Virus record (IMG/VR): IMGVR_UViG_3300017782_000007
Coordinates: 22,836 to 86,835 of that record
DNA: 64,000 nucleotides
Direction: 5' to 3' (one strand)
Source: a virus
Numbering within the stretch: the first letter of the stretch is position 1; the number at the start of each line of letters is the position of its first letter. Below the pieces are notes generated by a model, which was not told where the DNA came from, made no database searches, and worked only from the letters and a program-made list of their open reading frames with translations. The position numbers were made by a program, and so were the translations under genes. Positions 27,967 to 34,687 of this stretch are shown in pieces.

Positions 27967-28350
27967 ATGAACATGTTTAATAACGATCAATTATCCGTTG
28001 TAGAAACTATTTTTGGACGCAAGTCGCTTACAGAGAGAGTTCCTGGAACAACACTAGACTTAATGCTAGTGAGTATAGCATTAACTTCTAAAAAATTCTA
28101 TAATCTAAAAGTTATGTATGGCTTTGCTGAGGTATGTGGAAAATGTTTCGACAAACCAGCAGAGGAAGCTCATGCTATTTTACGTGATGCAGTAAGAACG
28201 AAGCATAAAGCTTCTTTCGAGAATCTTTCTATTATTGCAGAAGCTGTAACTCTTACAGGATTGCGTAAAACTTTTGACAGAACGAAAGAAGAAACAGATC
28301 ATTTTAATCGAATCTGTTCTTACTTCGATGTAATCGAAATTAACGATTAA
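27967..28350 (+). CDS. Hypothetical protein
   Basis: Likely start MNMFNN at 27967. Confidence 0.65.
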   Translation: MNMFNNDQLSVVETIFGRKSLTERVPGTTLDLMLVSIALTSKKFYNLKVMYGFAEVCGKCFDKPAEEAHAILRDAVRTKHKASFENLSIIAEAVTLTGLRKTFDRTKEETDHFNRICSYFDVIEIND

Positions 28351-28359
28351 CTACTCCCT

Positions 28360-28406
28360 AAACCCTGGAACTGAGTTCGTTATGTTGTTCGCGCAACACA
28401 GGGTTT
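28360..28406 (+). ncRNA. Three-way-junction motif, copy B
   Basis: AAACCCTG GAAC-TGA-GTTC GTTA TGTTG-TTCGCG-CAACA CAGGGTTT. Confidence 0.65.
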
Positions 28407-28429
28407 CTTTATTCACCAAATCTTCTTTT

Positions 28430-28666
28430 ATGAAAAATACTCAATTACCATCTACTATTGTATTAGTAGTAATTTCCTTAATATATGTAACAATAGGAAC
28501 ATATATCTTTATCCTCTCAATTAAAGAGACAAATATGATCTCTTTTTTAATTAGTGGAATATTTTGGACAGGATTTTACGAGTCTATGATAGAACTAAGA
28601 TACAGGCTCTATAGAGCTGTAAGAGATGGAAAATCAATGAATTTGATTGAAAGGAAATGGAAATAA
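28430..28666 (+). CDS. Small two-TM protein
   Basis: Likely start MKNTQL at 28430. Confidence 0.6.
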   Translation: MKNTQLPSTIVLVVISLIYVTIGTYIFILSIKETNMISFLISGIFWTGFYESMIELRYRLYRAVRDGKSMNLIERKWK

Positions 28667-28723
28667 CATAGTCGGGCACTTTTCGGAGTGACCCGCTATA
28701 TTTTTTAACTTTAAAATTTTATT

Positions 28724-29068
28724 ATGAAAAATTTATTATTATTAATCTGTATATTATTTTCATTTGTTGGTCAAGCTCAAAAAACACCATTTGAGAAAGA
28801 CATTGCTTATGACCAATACAAGTATGAAAAACATTTAAAAAAAGCAGACAATTCTTACGATACTGTAGTAGGTGGATTAATAATCACCACTTTAGGGGTA
28901 GTAGGACGTAGCGCTGTGAAATGGAATCCTAACTATCGATCAAAGGAAATCAAGGCACTATCTAATGGATTAACCTTAATTGGTTCTTCTATGGTGGTTA
29001 TAGGTACTTATAATTTTTTTGATAATAAGAGGAGTGCGAGGAAGATTGAGAAGAAATACAATTTTTAA
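28724..29068 (+). CDS. Exported or membrane protein
   Basis: Bacteroidota-type signal peptide MKNLLLLICILFSFVGQA-Q and two hydrophobic segments. Confidence 0.7.
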   Translation: MKNLLLLICILFSFVGQAQKTPFEKDIAYDQYKYEKHLKKADNSYDTVVGGLIITTLGVVGRSAVKWNPNYRSKEIKALSNGLTLIGSSMVVIGTYNFFDNKRSARKIEKKYNF

Positions 29069-29073
29069 AATTA

Positions 29074-29123
29074 TTCCGTGGACCAAATGGTCGTAACTTC
29101 CTTTGCGGGAAGCACGGAAACTA
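29074..29123 (+). ncRNA. Three-way-junction motif, copy C
   Basis: TTCCGTG GACC-AAAT-GGTC GTAA CTTCC-TTTGCG-GGAAG CACGGAA A-CTA. Confidence 0.65.
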
Positions 29124-29335
29124 TACACATCTATATTATTAGGACTGGATATCTCATTTTGTATTTGAGTATTACGCTAATAGATGCATTGTAAGCCACG
29201 AAATGTGGATTCTGGATAGATTGTCTCTCTAGTCCAGAAAGAGGGAGGAGAAGTCCTTAAAACGCCTTGTAGCAGGATTTTCAACCCTGTGTGACGGTGA
29301 TGACCTCAAAATGCTTTAATATTAAGCACACTAAA

Positions 29336-29415
29336 ACGTCAAAGAGTGTATGTGGGTTCGAATCCCATCTTCCGTGCTGGAAGTATGCCAATTGGAAGAG
29401 CAACTTATTATCCGT
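29336..29415 (+). ncRNA. Circularly permuted tRNA mimic (YrlA Y-RNA-like)
   Basis: T-arm GTGGG-TTCGAAT-CCCAT, closed acceptor hairpin CTTCC-GTGCT-GGAAG, TA, D-arm TGCC-AATTGGAA-GAGCA, closing GAGT/ACTT. Confidence 0.5.
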
Positions 29416-29688
29416 AATTATTCCGTATTGTTAAAGGTAACTATTGTAGAAACAGTCTCATTAGCTGTGGAACAAGATAGAGTTTAACATTAGAATATTA
29501 ATCGAGAGGGTAGAAAGCCCAGTAATAGAGTGACACCTAATCTATAGATAACGATTCAACCTTAGCGGGCTTGATGTTTTATCTTTAGCGCATCAAAACA
29601 AAACAGCTCACTGCTAGTAGCTAAGCGATTCTGATATAATCGTGAAACCTGTGCAATTCAGGAAGTGATATCAAAGACATTTTTTAAC

Positions 29689-29754
29689 GGGGGTCTATAG
29701 TAAGAGCTCGTTAGAGTACCGGACTTTTAATCCGGGGGAGACTATATATTCCCA
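29689..29754 (+). ncRNA. T-armless tRNA-Lys(UUU)-like element
   Basis: D-like GCTC-GTTA-GAGT; perfect anticodon arm CCGGA-CTTTTAA-TCCGG; closed by TATAGT/ACTATA and GGGGGT/ATTCCC; no T-loop. Confidence 0.55.
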
Positions 29755-29767
29755 TTACTTTAATTAC

Positions 29768-30205
29768 ATGAATTACACAAAAATTAGGAAACCAAGACGC
29801 AAAATGAAACTTGTAGAACCTTGGTTACAAAGTATTATTAAAGACAATGAATTCGTAGTATTACGTGATAAGCGCACTAAAAAAGCGTTACATGTAAGTT
29901 ATACGGAAGACGGTCTAAAGTGGGCCTTGGACCCACGGACATCCAAATCTCTTTATTTCAAAGATGCTTATCTTTCCCACGGCCGTGTTGGTGGTGAGGG
30001 CTGGAACGGTTTGTTCCGTAAAGAGAGAGATCCAAATACCATAGTCGAAAAGTTCATACCAATGAATCACGTAAGGACCCGCAAAGATGGTATCGAGTAT
30101 GTCGATACAGTCAACCAATCCTTAGAATTCAAAGCAGTGGATAGAGCTTTGCGAATGTTAACCAAATCTCAGACGAGATTACTTGATAATTTTTCTGATA
30201 ACTAA
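29768..30205 (+). CDS. Hypothetical protein
   Basis: 145 aa ORF inside the RNA cluster. Confidence 0.7.
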   Translation: MNYTKIRKPRRKMKLVEPWLQSIIKDNEFVVLRDKRTKKALHVSYTEDGLKWALDPRTSKSLYFKDAYLSHGRVGGEGWNGLFRKERDPNTIVEKFIPMNHVRTRKDGIEYVDTVNQSLEFKAVDRALRMLTKSQTRLLDNFSDN

Positions 30206-30214
30206 ATTTATACT

Positions 30215-30286
30215 CTTGTTAAGACGTAAGGTGCGGCAACATGTTTGAAACACATGTCTGTTCAGGTTCGATACCTGGTGCGAAGA
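30215..30286 (+). tRNA. Degenerate tRNA-Phe(GAA)-like
   Basis: Anticodon arm CATGT-TTGAAAC-ACATG; T-arm TCAGG-TTCGATA-CCTGG; acceptor only 5 of 7 paired; poor D-arm. Confidence 0.45.
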
Positions 30287-30293
30287 GTTAATA

Positions 30294-30347
30294 GTACTGG
30301 GAGTATAACTATTGTGACATAATAGTGAACTAGGGTTCGAATCCCTT
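30294..30347 (+). pseudogene. Acceptor-less tRNA-Val(GAC)-like remnant
   Basis: GTACT-GGG-AGTAT, CTATT-GTGACAT-AATAG, AGGG-TTCGAAT-CCCT; no acceptor stem found. Confidence 0.4.
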
Positions 30348-30497
30348 GCCGAAATAAATTTAGTTTGAAGTATCTTGAATGACGTATTTAATGCTTAGGG
30401 CTCAGCAGAGATAGACGAAGAATACCTTCTCTCCTAGATCTGGAGGACGTACCCTAGGTAGCCTATGGCTTCCTTTAAATAATTCAATTTTTTATTT

Positions 30498-30839
30498 GTG
30501 AATAGCTTAAACCTGAAGACGCGTTTTAGTCAACTGGATGTGAAGTAAAGAGTACGACACAAATTGGATTACCTACACCGAGCGGTAGAATTCATCCATA
30601 CCAGAGAAACTATACGTATAACGAGCGAGGAGCCTCTTCTAAAAATAGCACCTGTCCGTTTGACAGAAGAAATAACATCATAGGTTTTATATTGATGGCT
30701 AAGCCAACCAACTGGGTGTTGGAGCTTAGTTTATATAGATTATATTGTAGGTAGTGGTGGTAGGCGACTATACCCTCAAGCCAGGGGTGAAGTTGATACA
30801 ATATATTCTCACTATAAAGTCAATAATTTTGATGTTCAC
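30498..30839 (+). ncRNA. Long structured RNA (about 340 nt), unassigned
   Basis: No plus-strand ORF in track; terminal GTGAATA/TGTTCAC stem and at least six internal helices. Confidence 0.45.
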
Positions 30840-30891
30840 GTAGAAGATAATCAAGTCTGAGAGTTAGATTTTTATTACTGTAAATTAGTTT

Positions 30892-31485
30892 ATGAAACAA
30901 ATTATATTGAATTTTGTCTTATTAATAGCATTAGCAGCAACTAATGTTGGAGTTTGGCAGAATACTACTGTTATAGAATCAACTGATTCTGAATTACGAT
31001 CGAGTCTCACCTTGGTAACCCAAGAATTAGAATGTGTAGAAGAAGAACTGTCTTCGTTGAAAATGGATTACGAAGATTTCAAGTTAAAAGATACCACATT
31101 ACTAGAGACTTTTGGCCTAGAGGAGCTTTCATCGCCAGATGAGAAGAACTCTTGGAAGAAAATGGATGGAACTTTTGTCTCCCTGTTAAAGGAAGCGGAA
31201 GCGGTATCCGGATTTAGATGGCGAATCAACTCTGGTTATAGAACTTGTTCACACAACAAGAACTTAATTAAGAGAGGATACAAAGCCGCTAAAAATAGTT
31301 GGCATATGGACGGAAATGCCGTAGATATTTCTGCATCTACATCTGCCTATAGGAAACTTATTCTTAACTCATTAAAACATATTGGAATAGTGAAGGGTAT
31401 AAAGGTATACCCAGCACATATTCATGTTCAATGGAAAAACGATCATGATTTATGGAATCAAAAAGATTTAATTGCAATGAAATAG
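30892..31485 (+). CDS. Peptidase M15 (YcbK/MepK-like) Zn endopeptidase with signal anchor and coiled coil
   Basis: INSGYRT...NSWHMDGNAVD...AHIHVQ. Confidence 0.85.
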   Translation: MKQIILNFVLLIALAATNVGVWQNTTVIESTDSELRSSLTLVTQELECVEEELSSLKMDYEDFKLKDTTLLETFGLEELSSPDEKNSWKKMDGTFVSLLKEAEAVSGFRWRINSGYRTCSHNKNLIKRGYKAAKNSWHMDGNAVDISASTSAYRKLILNSLKHIGIVKGIKVYPAHIHVQWKNDHDLWNQKDLIAMK

Positions 31486-31920
31486 AAGGGACCTCAGGTC
31501 CTTTCATACCGCCTTAGTTATTGACTGTAAAAGTGTGATAACTAAGGGTGTGTCCCGCTTAAGAGCGAAAAAATAGTTATCGTATAACGGTAACGGTCAG
31601 TCCAAATAGTTATTAGTTTCTGTACACAATACGCTAATACTATTATTAGACTCTTGGATTCCTTAATCCCTGAGACAATTCTGAAGGTGACCACAAAGAT
31701 TGTGTAAGTGAATGATCCTCACTAAAAATATAGATCGTATTAAAATGAAAGATTCATTGGCTAGGCCAGTAAGTTATCTTAGTGTTACATTATACTTATG
31801 GAAGCAATTATCATACCCATAACGGGCCATTAAGTATTTTCCCTACATAACGAATACCACTGCTCTCGGTGCAGGATTGGTTAGGTACATAACAAGCTAC
31901 TAATTACTGAATCTGATTTT
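31486..31920 (+). ncRNA. Long structured RNA or leader upstream of polA, unassigned
   Basis: ORF-free about 430 nt; helices AAGGGACC/GGTCCTTT, CCTTAGTTATT/GATAACTAAGG, GTTATCGT/ACGGTAAC and others. Confidence 0.4.
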
Positions 31921-31934
31921 TTAACTATTAAAAT

Positions 31935-33980
31935 TTGAAATACCTTTTAAACAAAAACACCTACCAAGTAAGTGGATTTGAGTCAATCTCCTACAGTGAA
32001 ATGTTAGAGAAATTGAGTTCAATGGAGGTAATATGCGTCGATACGGAAACTAGACCCAAGAGCGAATTTATGTCAATCCCAATGGCAGGTCTAGATCCAC
32101 ACTTATCTGAAATTGTTATGTGTCAAATAGGAGATGAACACGATCAGTTCATCATAGATGTTAGACACGAAGACATCATGGGTCTTAAATCAATCTTAGA
32201 AGAGCCTAAGGTTGTTAAGATATTGCAAAACGCCAAGTTTGATTATAAAATGCTCTTAACCAATTTTGGTATAAGAGTTAATAACATCAGAGATACGATG
32301 ATTCAAGAGCGAGTGCTAACAACTGGTGATATTTCAGCCAGAGCTTCGTTAGAGGCCTTAGCCAAGAAATATGTCGGATTTGAATTTGCGAAAACCAATC
32401 AGTTAAACCTCTTTGAAAAGCCACCAGAGGTAGTCCTAACTAAGAGTGTGAGGACAGAATTTAAAAACGTGGGAAGTCGACCTTTTACTAAGCGACAGTG
32501 TGAATACGGTGTAATGGATATAATACTACCGATTCAGATAGACAGGGAACAACAATTAGACATCAAATCCCAAGATTTGACTAGGATTGCGAAACTCGAG
32601 AATGACTTTATTCATGTAATGGGTGAAATCGAAACAAATGGATTTTACTTAAATGTTCCTAAATGGAAAGAATTATATGAACAAAGACTAGAGGAGTATC
32701 AATTAGCTAGGAAAGATTTAGTTGATTACATTTTTGATAATAAGATGGAAGGATTATATAAATGGAAAAGTAGTTTATTCGAGAGCGACAAACTATTAAA
32801 CATTAATCTTTCCTCAAGCCACCAAGTTGTTGAGCTACTTAATGTCTTAGGTATAGATACTAAAATCTTAGATAAAAAGAAATCAAAAAAACAAGGACAC
32901 GACGTCTTCAAAGACAGTATCGAAGAACGTGTTCTCAAAAAGTACAAAAAGAGGTTTAAGATAGTACCTCTTTACCTGCACTTTAAGCAATTAGAGAAAG
33001 CAGTAACTACATATGGCATTGATTTTTTAAATCATGTCTCGCCCAGGACGGGGAGAGTTCACTCCTCATATCGACAAATCATTCGTAGTGGAAGAATGGC
33101 TTCTAGTAGGCCTAATCTTCAAAACCTGCCGAATGGATCAAAACTCCCTGGGTATCGGGAGTGTTTTACTAATTCAAAACCAGGCACCAAACTTATTGTA
33201 GCTGATTACTCTGGACAGGAGACAGCAATCTTAGCTGACAGAGCTCAAGAGACCGCCATGATTGATTTTTTGGTCAATCAAGGAGGAGATTTTCACTCAC
33301 ACACTGCTAAACGCATGTTTGGAGTCAATGTGAGTAAGACAGAAAATCCACATCTTAGGCAAATCGCTAAGTCGATAAGCTTCGGGTTAGCATATGGTAT
33401 GTCCGCACATAAATTAGCAACTGATTTCGAAATTACTATAGAGGAGGCTGAAGACTTTATCGATAAGTATTATGAAGCATACCCCGAATTAAATAAATAT
33501 TTCAAAGATCAACGGAGGAAGGCTCTTGAGAATGGCTTTATTCTCATTGACCCTGTAGTAGGACGCAAGTCTTTCCTTGTAGGCATTCATGACAAGTACC
33601 TTGATGCAAAGGCTGTTATAGATGAATATAGGGAAGCAGAGGCATTAAAGAAAGTTCCGAAGCAAGTCTGGTCAGATTTTTATTCGGCTAAAGGAAGGAT
33701 AGAGAGGTTGTCGCAAAATTTACCCATTCAGGGTACTGCGGCAAATATGACAAAGGTAGCCGCGATTCGGTTTCAGAAGTGGATAAAGGGGAGTAAATTG
33801 GAAGAATTTGTTAAGATTGTCAACATGGTTCACGATGAAATCGTTGTAGAATGCCATGATGATTATGTAAGTATGTGTAAGGATGAATTGGAAAAACAAA
33901 TGATACTAGCTGGCGGAATATTTTGTAAAACTGTTCCAATGAGAGTAGATGCTCAAGTTGGTCCTTTCTGGGATCACTAG
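31935..33980 (+). CDS. polA: Family A DNA polymerase with 3'-5' exonuclease
   Basis: ExoI VDTET, ExoII QNAKFD, SGRMASSRPNLQN, motif A ADYSGQE, motif B RQIAKSISFGLAYG, motif C VHDEIV. Confidence 0.97.
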   Translation: MKYLLNKNTYQVSGFESISYSEMLEKLSSMEVICVDTETRPKSEFMSIPMAGLDPHLSEIVMCQIGDEHDQFIIDVRHEDIMGLKSILEEPKVVKILQNAKFDYKMLLTNFGIRVNNIRDTMIQERVLTTGDISARASLEALAKKYVGFEFAKTNQLNLFEKPPEVVLTKSVRTEFKNVGSRPFTKRQCEYGVMDIILPIQIDREQQLDIKSQDLTRIAKLENDFIHVMGEIETNGFYLNVPKWKELYEQRLEEYQLARKDLVDYIFDNKMEGLYKWKSSLFESDKLLNINLSSSHQVVELLNVLGIDTKILDKKKSKKQGHDVFKDSIEERVLKKYKKRFKIVPLYLHFKQLEKAVTTYGIDFLNHVSPRTGRVHSSYRQIIRSGRMASSRPNLQNLPNGSKLPGYRECFTNSKPGTKLIVADYSGQETAILADRAQETAMIDFLVNQGGDFHSHTAKRMFGVNVSKTENPHLRQIAKSISFGLAYGMSAHKLATDFEITIEEAEDFIDKYYEAYPELNKYFKDQRRKALENGFILIDPVVGRKSFLVGIHDKYLDAKAVIDEYREAEALKKVPKQVWSDFYSAKGRIERLSQNLPIQGTAANMTKVAAIRFQKWIKGSKLEEFVKIVNMVHDEIVVECHDDYVSMCKDELEKQMILAGGIFCKTVPMRVDAQVGPFWDH

Positions 33981-34099
33981 TTACAGTTATGTTTAGAAGC
34001 TCTTACAGCGTATGTAAGATACCTTTACGCATTTAAACAAGATAATCTATGTATATTAAAATTACTTGGTGGGGCGAACTTCGGTTCGTTCCACTATAT

Positions 34100-34142
34100 T
34101 CTTGGTATGGTAGTAATTAAGGTTCGATTCCTTAGCCAAGAA
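34100..34142 (+). ncRNA. Anticodon-less mini-tRNA (43 nt)
   Basis: TCTTGGT ATGGTAGTAAT TAAGG-TTCGATT-CCTTA GCCAAGA A. Confidence 0.7.
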
Positions 34143-34169
34143 CATTACTTAACCAAAAATTTTTTAATT

Positions 34170-34682
34170 ATGAAAAATTTAATATTTTCTCTACTTATCT
34201 GTAGTGGATTTACTTCCTATGCTCAGAATCCTTTTCAAGGAGGACTAATTGCTAGACCAGAAGTAAGAGCCTTTGCCGTAGAAGAGAGACTCAGTAGATC
34301 TCCTACTGATTTACGTACACAAAAAGATATCCGATTAAAAGTCATAGGGTTCGCAGGAATCAGACTTGACTTCGAACTTGGAAAAAAAGGATTCTATCGT
34401 TCTGATATGTTAATATCAGTTACTAGCTTGCCTTTTGATTATGTAAGATTAAATGGTCTATTAGGCTATAATCCTACGCCAGTTATGGGGGTATTCTTAG
34501 GTGTTTCTGGTGATTACAACCACCTAATAGATGACCGAGTGAATATGTCTATAGTTGGAGGAGTAGAACATGTGCTCCATACAGGAAAACAACTTGATAT
34601 AAAAATAGATACTGGATTTTACTTTGAAGTTATAAATAAAGATCATTCGCTAGCGACTGGTCTATCGTTCATATTTAAATAA
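34170..34682 (+). CDS. Putative outer-membrane beta-barrel protein
   Basis: Signal peptide MKNLIFSLLICSGFTSYA-Q; alternating amphipathic strands; C-terminal ATGLSFIFK. Confidence 0.6.
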   Translation: MKNLIFSLLICSGFTSYAQNPFQGGLIARPEVRAFAVEERLSRSPTDLRTQKDIRLKVIGFAGIRLDFELGKKGFYRSDMLISVTSLPFDYVRLNGLLGYNPTPVMGVFLGVSGDYNHLIDDRVNMSIVGGVEHVLHTGKQLDIKIDTGFYFEVINKDHSLATGLSFIFK

Positions 34683-34687
34683 ATATC

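Noticed and set aside
29244-29260. RNase P-like GAGGAGAAGTCC string
   Set aside because: No matching 3' conserved region; AGTCCT pairs with upstream AGGACT instead.
30498-30839. tmRNA
   Set aside because: Right size, but no G3-U70 pair, no T-loop, no CCA and no recognisable tag ORF.
13193-31920. Theta/HDV, hammerhead, twister or pistol ribozymes next to the tRNA-like elements
   Set aside because: I could not fit the consensus cores by eye; an Infernal or RNArobo search is needed to exclude them.
31935-33980. Intein or intron in polA or terL
   Set aside because: Motif spacing and lengths are normal; no intein boundaries or homing-endonuclease motifs seen.
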